From Octopus vulgaris (taxonomy: Eukaryota), in the NCBI GenBank assembly GCA_951406725.2, contig OX597821.1, positions 61,380,001 through 61,444,000 on the forward strand: a stretch of 64,000 nt of DNA, written 5' to 3'. Within the stretch, counting starts at the first letter, position 1. Every line of letters begins with the position of its first letter. The position numbers were made by a program, and so were the translations under genes. This document shows positions 1 through 13,689 of this stretch, piece by piece. The notes beneath the pieces were generated by a model. It saw only the letters and a list, made by a program, of their open reading frames with translations. It searched no databases and was not told the DNA's origin.

Positions 1-225
1 TTCCTACAAATATTTCTTTCTCTAGGCCATAGGTTAATAGTGCCTTATGAATGAGATTGAAGTTATACCGAAATAGAGTACTTCATCATGTGAGTCATTG
101 GCGAAATTAGTCGAGAATACACTTTAATTATTTTCGAAGTTAGGTGTATTGTTACTGTAACTGCTATTCTTGATTAAAAGATCAATCATTATTGAGCGCA
201 AAGAGTAGAAATAACAGTAGAAATA

Positions 226-240
226 TGTAGTAGTAGTATT

Positions 241-337
<97 letters not shown>

Positions 338-370
338 GTAGTAGTAGTAGTAGTAGTAGAAGTAGTAGTA
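226..370. repeat. Compound (TAG)n/(TAT)n trinucleotide microsatellite
   Basis: Directly visible; it accounts for the poly-T/poly-N ORF 124-456. Confidence 0.95.
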
Positions 371-1520
371 ACGTAATATAGACATGAAGATTTAAACATC
401 ATCATATTAACTGTTAATTTGTTAGATCGTGTTTTCCTGCTAAAAATATAAATCAATACAAGAAGTTCATGCGGTCAAGTTGGCTTTAGTTGCCTTTGAC
501 ACAAAATAACTAAAAACAAGTAACATTAACATCATTTCTCATTTATTATTTTCCAGTTCATGTCTTTACTTCTCTGTACGAATGGTAATCGATAATATCG
601 CTGTATTTATCTAAGGTTTTACTTTTGAGTGGAGTTTAAACAAACTAAAGAAGGAAAAATAGATGATACTCCAAATGAATATTTTTCATTTCGAAAATAA
701 TCCCAAGTAGTACATGTTCCAACCAATGCCGCCCCGCTGCGAATTATTCTGCACTGAAAATAGTTAACTATTGGTGACGTTGCAGCAACCTCAGTCAAAG
801 TTGAGTTATAAGTGCAGAGAACAATCATGATTTATTTATTTGAGAGAAATAATTAACATTCATTAATTTATTGGCGAACATTAACGAGAAAAGTTCATGT
901 AGAGGTGAGAATCGTTCAGATTAAATATTTGTGTAAGGATCTAGGAACAGTAATAATTACAAGACAACAAGTACGTGAAGAATAAGCAACAACAACAACA
1001 ACAAATGTAACAACTAAAATAAACACTTTTGAGTTTGTTTAACAGTAAATTAATGGAGCTCACGAGGCAAATTAACTGCGTGACAGCAGTGGAATGACAG
1101 TGGAATAAAGCTCTTCATTTGATGTACAAATATGCTCGGAAACGGTTCACTTAGGTATTAGAAGAGCCATTCAAGGAACATAGAAACGTTAATTATATAT
1201 AGTATGTAGTGTCATGCAACTTAAATCATATATTTAGTAGGTAGCGTCTCTTTCTACAAAGCCTACATTTCGAGTAGAGCTGTTATACAACTGGATGCTA
1301 ATTCTGTAGAGTAGTTGTTGCGTGGTGTATACTAACTTACCGACTATGTAATGCATGCAGTAAGTGGTATGTAAGATTGGTACAGGGCTAAGAAGTGCAT
1401 ACTGTGTGATTTATTTAAATCAAATAAAAGGTTGCTCTTCAGTATGTAGTGTAGCATGTCCTACCAGAGTTTTCAATTTTTCATACACGTTCGTCTTTAT
1501 CATAGCTGGTACACCAAATA

Positions 1521-1812
1521 TATTCGGCTTGCGATTGTAAGCTCGTGAGTTCAATTCCCGGCGACGCGTTGTGTCCTTGAACAAGACACTTTATTTCACG
1601 TTTCTCCAGTCCACCCAACTGGCAAAAAATGAGTTGTACCTGTATTTCAAAGGGCAGGCCTTGTCACACTCTGTCACGCTGAATCTCCCTGAGAACTACG
1701 TTAGAGGTACACGTGTCTGTGGAATGCTCAACCACTTGCACGTTAATTTCACGAGCAAGCTGTTCCGTTGATTGTATCAGCTGGGACCCTCGTCGTCGTA
1801 ACTGACGGAGTG
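1521..1812 (+). mobile_element. tRNA-derived SINE (family A, tail type 1)
   Basis: B-box-like GAGTTCAATTCC followed by the central block GTTGTGTCCTTGAACAAGACACTTTATTTCACG...CTCCAGTCCAC. The body and tail are repeated at 46454-46691. Confidence 0.75.
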
Positions 1813-4800
1813 AAGAGAATCAACGTCAAAGGTCAAGCGAGCGTTCTGGATGTTTTGAGATTGAATATGACCAAGCTTTTGGCAAACGTTGATGCAATAT
1901 CTCTGCTCTATGCGTACGGTAAAAACGAAAATCCGACGAGCGCGTCATTATTCTCATCGTAACAGTCGGTAACCGACGTAGCCTTCTGGCCCGAATATTT
2001 TTAGGCATGCGCATCAAGGCTTGTGCCACCTCTCACCCAAACGATTTTACCAACGCAGTATTAGTTTACTAAAGTCAGATACTTTTTCAATATGCCTCGT
2101 GTTGTAAATTTCTTCTTTACATCTGGGTTGTGTATTCAGATTTTATCTATTTCTAATTGTACGGAAGTTTAATTGTAATTCCCTGATTTCCATCTCTTGT
2201 TTACTTTCCTAAGCTGTAGCAACGTTGCATCAATTTAAAATGGTATTGATATTCAGGTCTCGTTCCACACTGAATTTTATAACCTACCACCAAACTTAGT
2301 GGGTATTTTTCCTTCTAAATAACATCTTAGAAGAGTTGGTTTGTATTTTATATGCAGCATTCTTAACTCAATAGATGTTACATTGAAACTTTAAACTTCA
2401 ATGATATCTTCATCATTGGATAATTCAATCAGTTTGTATGTCAAGGAAAACAAAATTTCGTCACTGAAAAATAATTAAAAAAATGTACTTACTCCCCCCA
2501 TCATAGACATCAGTTATTCAATAAATTTACTGTATTTAAATACACATTCTCGTCCGTCTTTTACTTCCTTTAATTTCTTTAAGTCTATCAAAATCAAAGC
2601 TAGCTTTACTACTCCCGAAACTTCTAATAATACAAAGTTGTTCTCGTGTCATGTAGATTTTACAGGTTGGAGAAATATATAGTGAGTCAATATCAATATG
2701 AGGTCAATGCAGCCAAATATCCTTCAGCATATAATGTGTCTCACTGCTAATACCTTCATAACAAGATGCGGTCATGCACTTTTACAAAATGACACGTGTC
2801 TCGGTGTATATTACTACCCTTAAAATATAATATAAAACATCGGATGTAACGGAATTGCACACCAGTGACTGTACTCAGCAAACAAACCAAACAGTTATTT
2901 TATTACAATAGCAGCTTCATAATTTATAAATAGATCTGCCCAGCAAATAAGTTGCCACATGACAGATTTGTTTTCTGCTGCTGTGTCTGTTGTCTATTCA
3001 AGAGATTGAGAGGTTTTCGTGTTGTGTGAAATGATAGCATAATTTAAATAATATTTCTGAAATTCTACTATGCCTATGCTTATTGGTAAATTGCCAGTAC
3101 GCATATAACAACGATATTGTCTTAATCCACTTATAAGATATTCAAACGGAGTAATGCACGCATGTTATAATTATTATGGTAATACAATTCAGCATAACAA
3201 ATTATTTCTGTTGTGTTAAGTTCACTGGTTGAATGTATTTATCAATGATTTTGAATGTGTGTGTGTGTGGCGAAATATGATATCAGTTGTATTTCCTGGA
3301 ATTTGTTGCATAGTCACCAAGCTGAAGGTACGTAGAATTTTTGATCACGACCTCCAAACGGACATTGAGTAAAATAGTTTGATATTCCTAAGAGTATCAT
3401 AGCAATTGTTTTAATTCATCAAATCTAATAAACTTTATCATTCTTTAAAGCATCTTCGGAGATATTTTATGACATACTTCCAAGTATCGTTTAACTAAAC
3501 GAGAAATTACAAAACAAATTCATATTTTTGGGGAGCTAAAAAATAAATGTTTTTCAAAAGACATGTGATCACTTATCTAAGACATAAAGCTTTATTTAAT
3601 ACGTAGTGTGGTTAATCTGAATTGAGTCAGTGAATAAATTGGTTCAATCAATAAAACGAAAAAAGTAATTTCATAAATCAACACAAGGATAAATTCGTAA
3701 TAAAGTGCAGCTGCTTAAAAAAATTAGAAGCAGTATTCAGTCAGTTATTTAATATTTGGTAATTGTTTTTATCTAATGGTGAGGAAGGGGCACGTAGTCT
3801 TGTTTGTCGCAGACTTTTGAAATTGAAAGTGCAAGCCAGAAAAATCAATGGATTGGGTCTATATTATAAACTTACAACAAACTTCAATATTTATTTTCAA
3901 ATGTAATCCACAAGCGGTCTTATCTTTTTATATGTTTATTGATATATATTGTGAAAAGTACCATTTTAAATGTTACGCAGATGCCTGTGAAAAACAAAAA
4001 GATTTAAATCGTGTAACATGATTTGAATTCTGTATATGGATTTTAATATGTATGTATGAATGTGTGTATGTGTAAGTGTATGTATATTTCGGCATGTACG
4101 TTTGTATGCACATATATGGACATAATTTATTTTAAAATATATATATAAACACACACATATGTATGTATATGTATGTATGTGCATATATATATATGTGTCT
4201 GTATGTGTACCCACGCGTGTAGTGAAACATTCTAAGATGAACAATTCTAGCATTCGATGAAGAGAAAAGAGCTGCGTTGCAATTTTATTTAGATGTGTTT
4301 AAAAGCTAAAACTACAATAACCATTCATAGGGATGTGATATTTGCCAGTTATTATAAATGAATATTTACTAGTATCAAAATATATTTCTTCCGCAAAATA
4401 TAAATTCTGAAATATGTTTCAAAAGAAATATGAATTCATTTACTTATTTTGTAAAGTGCATTATTTTATATTGATATTATAAAGAAATGCCAGGAGAATA
4501 CTAACGTAATTCCAAAATATATCAGTCAAAAGAAATACATTTTGTAATAAAATACATTTAGGTTATTAAAAACTTCCAACCATATTGTTTAAATTCACTT
4601 AGTACAGATTAATTGACGTCTTGTCTTAAGTTATCAATGACGTTGCTGTAGACAATTTGAAGTGGTGAAATAAAATATCGAGACTTTTTTTTTAATATTG
4701 ATAGAGCTTTCTTTTCTTTAAGTAAGTATGTGTAGTGATATTTCAAAGTGTTTTATGTATTATAGGTATAACAATAGTACATATATCTTAAAGAAATATC

Positions 4801-7414
4801 GTATTATAGAAGGTTTTTTTATCAGCTTCTTTTCATAGCCTATGAGATGTAATGATATTTGACACAGCAGGCGACCTATATGTTGTCAGGTGTTGTTTTC
4901 ATTTCCAGTGCTATTTTAAAATATTTTTTTTACACGCTTACATGTTTAAAAAATTAGTTTTTTTCTATATTCTTCTTGTATAACTTTATGACACCGGCAA
5001 ATTCAAAGACATACCGAATCAGGATTCGAATCCAAGAGAATAGCAACCGATATGGAAGAAATATAGAACATTAAAGAAATAGTGTATAATTGATGGTCTC
5101 TAAGAAATATCGAAATATATTCGCTATCAAATCTTTATTTTGAAACTGTTCTCACAGATTTCGTTACGGAGATTCTGTAAATTTTGACCTATTCTAATGT
5201 CAAAATTATGAAAATTTCAACTCTCCGCATTTAAAAAAAAAAGATTTTAAAGTTGTTTCTTCGTTGATAGAAACACAGTTTCATCACTTCGGGCACACAC
5301 ACACAGAGACACCTACACACACATACAGACAAACACGCATATCTCGCATGCACAAGTATATGCAGGTTTGATAAATGAGATTATTTCCTAATATATGTTT
5401 AATATGTCTTCAATACAGGAAATTTGTTTCTGTACTGGGTTATAATACAAAGAACTGACAGGAATTTATTCTCGTATTAGTAAGTAACGAAACAAATATC
5501 TAGAATCTATCATTGATACCTGCAATGAGAGTACTTGATGTCTTGCCCCATGAGGTGCATCGATGTGTGGTATTGTTGGAATAGCTTTTATTTCCTTTAA
5601 TTAACTTACCAGAGACAAGCAGTTGCCATTAGTCACTAATATCCTATACAGCAGCATTCTTCTCTACGCAGGAAACAATTAAATCATCTAACTGGAGAAT
5701 TTACATTAGACATAAAACAAGATAACATCATAATCTACTTGATTGAAAAGAAAACATGATGTAACTATTGTGTTTGGAGCTTAGTATTATAACGAGCAAC
5801 AGGGCCCCCTTCCACAAAAGCTATATTTAACAAGCAAACCAAGGGAAAATAATACATGTCCATAAATCTACTTGATAAGAGTGTTCATAACATGCCAACG
5901 GTAGAAAACCTAATAATTTTGAAGTATATAACAGTTGTTATATTTATATACATCGTCATCTTCTTAACTTGTCTTCCCGAAGTATGACTCAAGAAACGCA
6001 CTAACACAAGAACGCACACATACATACCAACGTACACACATATACATGAGCACATGTACACACAGACAGACACACATGCTATCATTAGTCATATAATCAT
6101 GAAAGTTTTAAAATGATATTGAGTTCAATGATAAAAGTAGAGAGACAAGAAGGTGATTAATTATTGATTTTCCCACCGTAGAATAATATGTACAATGCCA
6201 AGTCTAATTAGAAGATAATTGTTTTATTAACAAATTAGATTAAAATAATGTCTGTGGATCGAAAATAATTTTTTATTCCCTGTCTATTTGAAGATATCTA
6301 AGATATCCTACAAACAGTTAATATACAAAAGAATGACTATATACTTACATATATACAAACATACATACATACATACAGCACACACACTTATATATATATA
6401 CCTATATATAAATTCCTTAATTCATATTCTGAAGCATTATTAGATTTGTTTATTTCGTACCGCGAGTAAAACATCTGCTTTTGAGCATGTATCTGAAAAG
6501 CATAACCTTCGTATGTTACAGAAATCTTTAAAGTATTTCAATAACTCTCATTTGACCCTCTGTCCTCGAGTAATTTCTGTAATTCTTGTTTCGCTTGATT
6601 GTAAATCTTAAGAGTTCAAACTCTACATGATCTGCACTAAGAATACTCTATTATTTTGATATATTTCTACTGGATATCTCAGTAAATGAGGACAATCCTC
6701 CGTCCACAATACAATACTAAATAAATGAATGCTAAAATTCGTATCTTAGTAGATGATAAATATATATTCAGTGAGAGATAATGGGAATCGAGTAATCCCA
6801 CGCTTAACAATTTGACTTACAGTAAACGAATCGTGTGTGGTGATGGGTGACAACTGGAACTTGTAGTCTCTCAATTAGTCAGTGTATTAGTATTCACCTG
6901 CATCTGATGTGGTTTCTGCTGTTGATGTTATACGGTAGGACCAGATCATTCCTGATCAAGTATACTTTGAAAAGCATTCTGTTGTTAACATCTGCTTGTT
7001 GTATTTCGAATAGCACTAGACTCTCGTTATCCAATATGTCCTGAGATAATAAAATGTGATAGAATGAAAATTTGCTTTGTATAAGTGGGAAATAGTTTTT
7101 AAGAACGACCTCATATTGATATTTAGGGGTTATGAAACATGACTGGGTGTTTTAAGGTAATATTTCTTATATTACCAGAGAGACCTGAAGTTTGATGTGT
7201 GGAACCGATGGTACGGTATTAAAGTGCATGCCATTTAGTAAGATTATTTGCTTTGTGCATAAATTATCCACCGAAGATCCATACAATAACATCAAAATAA
7301 CAAAAAATATTTATGATGAAATTACAAGACAGAAAAGAATATGTCAGAAAATGGACAGCACATTTTTGTTATACATGAAGAGATAGAAAATGTATTTTTT
7401 GGAATAATTGATTA

Positions 7415-7580
7415 AGGGGCAGATAAAATTCCTTGCGGTATTTGGAAATTTTCCTTTCAGTTTTGAGATTAAATCCCGCCGAGATCGATAAATGAAATGC
7501 CAATCAAATACCAGGTTCGATAAAATGGCTGTTCTAACTCTATCAATTACGACGCCTTGTTCCTAAGTTAGAAATTGATG
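7415..7580 (+). mobile_element. Decayed SINE (family C)
   Basis: TTTTGAGATTAAATCCCGCCGAGATCGATAAATG...TTCCTAAGTTAGAAA resembles the better-preserved copy at 48820-49215. Confidence 0.45.
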
Positions 7581-8236
7581 ATTAGAATAACTTACAGGTC
7601 CGATTCAAGATAGAAATGATTTAGTATTGTGTACATTTTCTGGTTACTAGAGAACATAGTGGTAATTCTTTATATGAAACCCGACATATTAAAGTTATTT
7701 TTAGAGCGAAAATAACAGAACATGAATGCAGTTTATCACTGACACAGCAGGCATTAGTGATAAATTCTTGAAATGGATGTTAGGAGATATATAGAAACAG
7801 CATTGTGTGGAATGTTAATTCGGTGTTCAGACAACAATTACTTATGACAACTTTCAGCAACCTACTGACCATGGAAATGTTTTACAGACATAACAAAATA
7901 TCAATACTTGGCCTACTTCAAATGACACATAATTTTATGTGCCGGTGTCTCAGAGGCTCATCTATACGCACACACATAAGGCTATTTATGTATGTTTGTA
8001 TGAATGTATGTATATACGAATGTGAAGTTTTTGAGTTTGTGCATATGAATATATTTTGTTTCTTTTATGATGACAGCCAGCTACTTAATTTTGTTGGCAT
8101 GAATGCATATAAATAGTGAGATTTGAGGACATTGATGGTTACATATATGCGTGCGGGCGCACGCACTAAAAAAGTAAGCAGAACCACATACGCACAGACA
8201 AATTTTAATAAGTGTGATTATCTATTTACATTACAC

Positions 8237-8291
<55 letters not shown>

Positions 8292-8347
8292 CGTTTAAAT
8301 ATTTGTTGAGCAAGATTTTTTATGTGAAGTCGTGTGTTGAAACAGAT

Positions 8348-8680
8348 ATTGTTATATTTCGGAATGGTCATATTACCAGTTTAGCCCATAAAAACACACG
8401 CACTATATATTTGGTGTTATTTTGCTTCAGTGTTATTTATTTTTTACATTAATCTTAATCTTATTTCGGACAGAGTTCTTTCGTCACACTCCTGTGACCG
8501 CATCAGTGGTCCTTTGTTTTCTTCTTTCTTATTTGTGTCTCTCCTTACGAACCGTCAGCCATTTTGTATTTCTATTGTATGTCTTCATTTGCGCATGCGT
8601 ATATCTCTATGTGCGTCTAGTTTATTTAGTGTGTGTATGTGGGGAGATGCCTGTAATATTTGTATCTTCTGTTTATATAC
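8348..8680 (-). repeat. Inverted pseudo-LTR of PLE-1 (5' copy)
   Basis: Near-identical reverse complement of 12047-12370; ORFs 8422-8709(+) and 12037-12306(-) give the same peptide. Confidence 0.95.
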
Positions 8681-8979
8681 AACAACAACAACAACGCGAA
8701 AAACACTAACCGCAGTAACAACAACACAAACAATAACGACCGCAGCAATAACAACCGTAGCAACAAAAGCAACACGAACCCTAACAGCGGCAACAACAAC
8801 AACAATAGAAAAAATGAATGCATAGACACAAACAATAGATACAAATACAAAAACATAAACAGAGAGAGAAACAAATTGTATACAACAGCAGCAACAACAA
8901 CAACAATTATAGGGAGAACCGACACACAAACACACACACAGATAACCATAGTCACAAAGACACAAATAAAAGTGGTGTT

Positions 8980-11816
8980 ATGGGGGTCACGATGGAAAAT
9001 AAAGTTGAATGCAACAGAATCCTTGGACAGGGAGTCAGTAGACTTGAAACAGATAACAATACTCGTAGGAACAAAAATAACAACCACAACAGAGGGAAAG
9101 ACAGGGACCAACAGGCAGACATAAAACCCAACACTAATATGAACAACACATACACCAGAAACAGGAACAATGAAAATATCACTAGCGATAATCAGAATGA
9201 TAGCAATAATGGCAATGGTAGGAATAACGGTAATAACAATAATAGTGGTAGTAATAGTGGTGGTGGTAACAGTAGAAGTAGTAATGATGGTAGTAGTGAT
9301 AGTTGTGGTGGTAATAGTAATAATAGTAGTAGTGGTAATGGTGATAATAATAATAGGGAGGCTGATGATGGAAACAGTAACGATAATGAAGATAACCCTA
9401 GAAAGACCATTGACATGTATACCCACCCCTTTGACACTCAATTCTTCAACGTATGTGACAAAACTTACTGCATGAGCCGGATATATCCAACAACATTACC
9501 CTTCAACAAAAGAGTCTACATCCCAAGACATACTAATGGCCATATGGAAGCACAGTTCACTATAGCTAGGACCAAACGTAGACAGATTTTAGGATTATAC
9601 ACTAAGAGACAGAGACGGAATAAGACAGAGGCCCAACAACTCGAGATTAAACTTGCATGTGGCCTACATAAATTCATTCAGCGCACGAGGAACGGAGAGG
9701 TGGTATGCCTTCCCACTGATAAGTCCGGCAGGATGTCAATAGACAGCTTACCGAACTACATCCAGGCAATGCAACCTCATATCGCCAATACAAAAATAAC
9801 AACTGTACAGGCGCATGAGGAGAGAGAAAAGGTCCTCAACGCCCACATGATGATGTGGACAATTGTTCTGGGACCCCAGAAACGTACAGCAAATAATTTC
9901 CAAGCCTGGAACAATGATATCCCGGCACTGTATGGACTTCGCAAGGACCATAAAGTAATTACTGACCATATAGCAGGACCACCAACAAGACCAGTCTGTG
10001 GAGCGAAAATCGCTAGCAATTACATAATCTCCTACTTCCTCTCAATGATCATACGCCCTATAATCCAGATGTCACCTGATGTTTGTGACAGCACTGAAGA
10101 TCTCCTCAGCAGGATCAATGACTGTAACAACACTTGTGACCTGACAGGATGTATGGTGGGTAGCATGGATGTGGTATCCCTATATCCATCGATCGACGTA
10201 GATTTTCGGTGGAGAAGTGCGTGGAGATGATCAATGAGAGCCAGGTGGAGTTCCGTAATGTCAACACAGAAGAACTGGGCCTCCTACTTAGACTGACATG
10301 TAATAATGAATACTTAGTTAAACATAATCTTAGTAGTTTCTGCCCCAGTAGATGTTTAAGAGGTAGACCGCCCACAATTACTTCTATGGCTAGGAAGACA
10401 CATATAGAAAGATGGCACGGATGGACCAGAGCCATACGGAGCCCCGCAAATGTCCATCAGGTAAAGAAAATGATCGCACATGCACTAGGAGCTAGTATAA
10501 GAGTTACCCTAAAAGGCCACACATTTAAGTTTAATAATAAAATATATGCCCAGGAGGAGGGGGCAGCCATCGGCGTTAGTATCGCTGGTGATGTGGCCAA
10601 CCTTTTCATGGTATGGTGGGACAGAAGGCTTAAAGAACGCCTAACACAGAACTCCATACTCGTAAACATGTACTCTCGCTATGTTGATGATATCAACATA
10701 GTGGTAAAGGCACCCCCACAAGAGAGTAATGTTGATATAGTAATAGAAACTAATACTATGGAGAGCATCCAGCAAATAGCTAACTCCATCCACGAGAGTA
10801 TTAAGGTCACAATAGACTACTCCAATAAACACCCCAACCATAGACTACCAGTAATAGACACTGAACTCTGGCTAGAAATTGTGAATAATAAAACCCAAAT
10901 CCTTCATCCATACTATGCCAAACCTATGGCCTCAAAATACTTGATCCACCGGAACTCAGCCATTACGGACAATGCCAAATTCAATATTTTGATGGCAGAC
11001 CGCGTCAGAATAATGAGAAATGTGTCATGCATGTGCGAGTCCACAGAGTTAAAGAGACACATACAATATTTCATTCACCGCATGCAGTTCTCAGGTTACA
11101 GCCATAAAGAAAGGATCAGAGTATACAAAGGAGCCATGAAGAAATTTGATAATGTATTATGTAATGATAGGAATGGGATTTGCCCACTCTATAGGAACAA
11201 GTCATGGAACACTATAGAAAGGACTAAAAAGAAAATAGGGAAGGCCAACTCTTGGTATGATCGCAATAAATACCAGAGTGTCATGTTCATTGACACCACC
11301 CCTAGAGGTGAACTGGCATACCGCTTTAGAAGGACCCTAGACAAACTTAAGCTAAGAATTAAGGTTGTTGAAAAGCCAGGCAACCCTATCAAATCTATAA
11401 TTGGTAGAACCTATCCTTTTAGTAGAACCCCCTGTACGGATAAGTACTGTAATGTATGTAGATTTAGCCCACAAACAAACTGTAAAGCCAGAAATGTAGT
11501 CTATAGTATAAGATGTATAGAGGGACGATGCAGTAACAAGACAACGACATACGTAGGGGAAACGGCAAGAAGCATAGGAGAGCGGGTAAATGAGCATTGG
11601 AGACAACTCAAGGAAGGTAAAAGCTCATCGATTCTGTACCAACACGCCGAACAGGAACACGGGGGATCAATCAATAACATAGAAATTAAAATATTGTCTA
11701 CACATAGAACAGATGCAACAATTAGACAAATTACAGAAGCTACACGCATAATAGAAAATAAACCTAGCCTGAATAGAAAACTAGAATGGAGCACTGGCGC
11801 ACACCACAACATATGA
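8980..11816 (+). pseudogene. PLE-1 RT / GIY-YIG endonuclease polyprotein split by one frameshift near 10205
   Basis: RT motifs PTDKSG, GSMDVVSLYPSI, QEEGAAIGVSIAGDVANLFM and YSRYVDDI. Cys linker CTDKYCNVC. GIY-YIG motifs NVVYSIRC...YVGETARSIGERVNEH...RQITEA...LN. ORFs 8980-10230 and 10209-11816 join immediately after motif A. Confidence 0.9.
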
Positions 11817-12046
11817 CGATAGAGGATCCCGAAAACATAATAAATACACAGATAAATAAACAAATAAAAATAAATAACTATATATATATTTTTTTTTTCG
11901 ATTCGATTTATTGTTGTTATTACTAGTATTGTTGTTATACATACATACATACAAGCATATGTAATGATAATAATAAGTGGATGTAAACACATGAACAAAA
12001 TAAGAATAAACAAAAACAACAAAAACAAAATACAAATTACATGAAC

Positions 12047-12362
12047 GTATATAAACAGAAGATACAAATATTACAGGCATCCCCCCACATACACACACTA
12101 AATAAACATAGACGCACATAGAGATATACGCATGCGTAAATGAAGACATACAATAGAAATACAAAATGGCTGACGGTTCGTAAGGAGAGACACAAATAAG
12201 AAAGCAGAAAACAAAGGACCACTGATGCGGTCACAGGAGTGTGACGAAAGAACTCTGGCCGAAATAAGATTAAGATTAATGTAAAAAATAAATAACACTG
12301 AAGCAAAATAACACCAAATATATAGTGCGTGTGTTTTTATTGGCTAAACCATTCCGAAATAT

Positions 12363-12370
<8 letters not shown>
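12047..12370 (+). repeat. 3' pseudo-LTR of PLE-1
   Basis: Inverted copy of 8348-8680 that ends in (TA)n. Confidence 0.93.
12216..12260 (+). ncRNA. Variant minimal hammerhead-like motif in the PLE-1 pLTR (mirror copy 8468-8512, minus strand)
   Basis: GGACCA-CTGATGCG-GTCAC AGGAGT GTGAC-GAAA-GAAC-TC-TGGCC. The core deviates from CUGANGA after G8. Confidence 0.55.
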
Positions 12371-12419
<49 letters not shown>

Positions 12420-12420
<1 letters not shown>

Positions 12421-13299
12421 GAGGGGTACCCAAAAGAAACCGAAATTTTAAAATATTATTTCATTCACTTAGCTTTACGTGTTTCCTCTTTTATTGACTT
12501 TAAATTATTCGCCATTTAAACAATGCATCGGTCAAGACGAGCTTTCAAATTTTGGAAGCAGTGATGGAACTCTTGCTAAGTGATGCCTTTTAACGCGTCC
12601 GTCGTTTTTTTTTACTAATCTCTTCCACATCTACAAATTCCGTAGCACCATCTTTCGTCACCAATGATGACATTCGAAAAAAGGTCCGTATCGACTTCCA
12701 ACAGTTCTTTCAGTTCACGATATGCATTTAATCATGACTGCTTTTGATCTTCCGTGAGCAAAAGAGGTATAAATTTTGTTGCAACTTTTTTCATTCGCAA
12801 TTCCTCGCTCAAAATTCGTCAGTCATACCAACAATTTCGTCATTTGTTCGGTGACGGTCCTCCAAGATCAGTTTAGGAATTTTCATGATGTTTTCATTCG
12901 TTCAGGGGATCAACGGTCGCCTTCAAGGAGCGTTGATCCTCAAGTGGTCAAGTGACCGTTTCTAAAGCGTGAAAAAAACCAAAAAAACAATCGTAATGTT
13001 TTGCTCATAGTAGCGTCCTTGTAAGCTGTTTGGAGCCTGACCACTGTTTCAACGCGCGTTCACCCAAGCAGAAAACTGAATTTCACGGAAACACGTTGTT
13101 CCTACATTTCAGCCATCGCTGAATCGACGAACAAGGGCACAAAGCACAGAGGCATCACGTGGCAGTATGACCCCATTGGGCAATGACTGTCAGCAGAATG
13201 ACGCCTATGTGTCGCATCAAATTGTTTCGAGCGGCTGAAGCCTGAACTACAACGGGCTTGTCCCACAGATAACTTTTCAGTTTCTTTTGGGTAACCCCT

Positions 13300-13301
<2 letters not shown>
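12420..13301 (-). mobile_element. Internally deleted mariner-type DNA transposon
   Basis: TIRs CGAGGGGT(T)ACCCAAAAGAAAC(C/T)GAAA at 12420-12445 and 13275-13301, within (TA)n. The minus strand encodes a decayed mariner N-terminus, MAEM*EQRVSVKFSFLLG*TRVETVVRLQTAYKDATMSKT. Confidence 0.85.
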
Positions 13302-13358
<57 letters not shown>

Positions 13359-13360
13359 TT

Positions 13361-13491
13361 ATTTATTTTATAGAAGGAGCTTCTACAGGACTAGAACTGT
13401 TTCATTCAAATGAAATCATCAGGAAGCTTCTGATGATTTCATTTGAATGAAACAGTTCTAGTCCTGTAGAAGCTCCTTCTATAAAATAAAT
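13361..13491. repeat. ~130-bp near-perfect palindrome built from two divergent hammerhead motifs
   Basis: The arms are reverse complements around a central AG|CT (13426/13427) except for one extra G. Confidence 0.92.
13378..13428 (-). ncRNA. Type I hammerhead ribozyme
   Basis: AGCTTC-CTGATGA-TTTC ATTT GAAT-GAAA-CAG TTCTAGTC CTG-TA-GAAGCT: 6-bp stem I, full core, stem III and GUA cleavage triplet. Confidence 0.8.
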
Positions 13492-13556
13492 TAATTTACT
13501 CTGCTATGTATTGAGTACCTTATTTACTGTGGTTAACCCCGACTCAACCCGGGAGC

Positions 13557-13599
<43 letters not shown>

Positions 13600-13689
13600 A
13601 TGTGTATGTGTGTGTATCTGTGTATGCGTGTGTGTGTATGCGTGTGCGTATGTGTGTGTGAGTGTGCGTGCGTGTATGTGTATGTATGT

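Larger units (their letters stand above)
8292..12370 (+). mobile_element. Penelope-like retroelement PLE-1 with inverted pseudo-LTRs, inserted in (TA)n
   Basis: RT and GIY-YIG coding region lies between ~330-bp inverted repeats (8348-8680 vs 12047-12370). (TA)n tracts flank both sides. Confidence 0.92.

Noticed and set aside
619-828. 69-aa ORF in unique sequence
   Set aside because: It has no recognisable domain or supporting splice pattern.
3307-3326. TTGCATAGTCAC matches the 5' part of miR-153
   Set aside because: Only the first 12 nt match and I could find no complementary arm for a pre-miRNA hairpin.
9361-9382. CTGATGA-TG-GAAA-CAG-TA hammerhead-like string
   Set aside because: It has no stem II or stem I and lies in low-complexity coding sequence, so it is likely chance.
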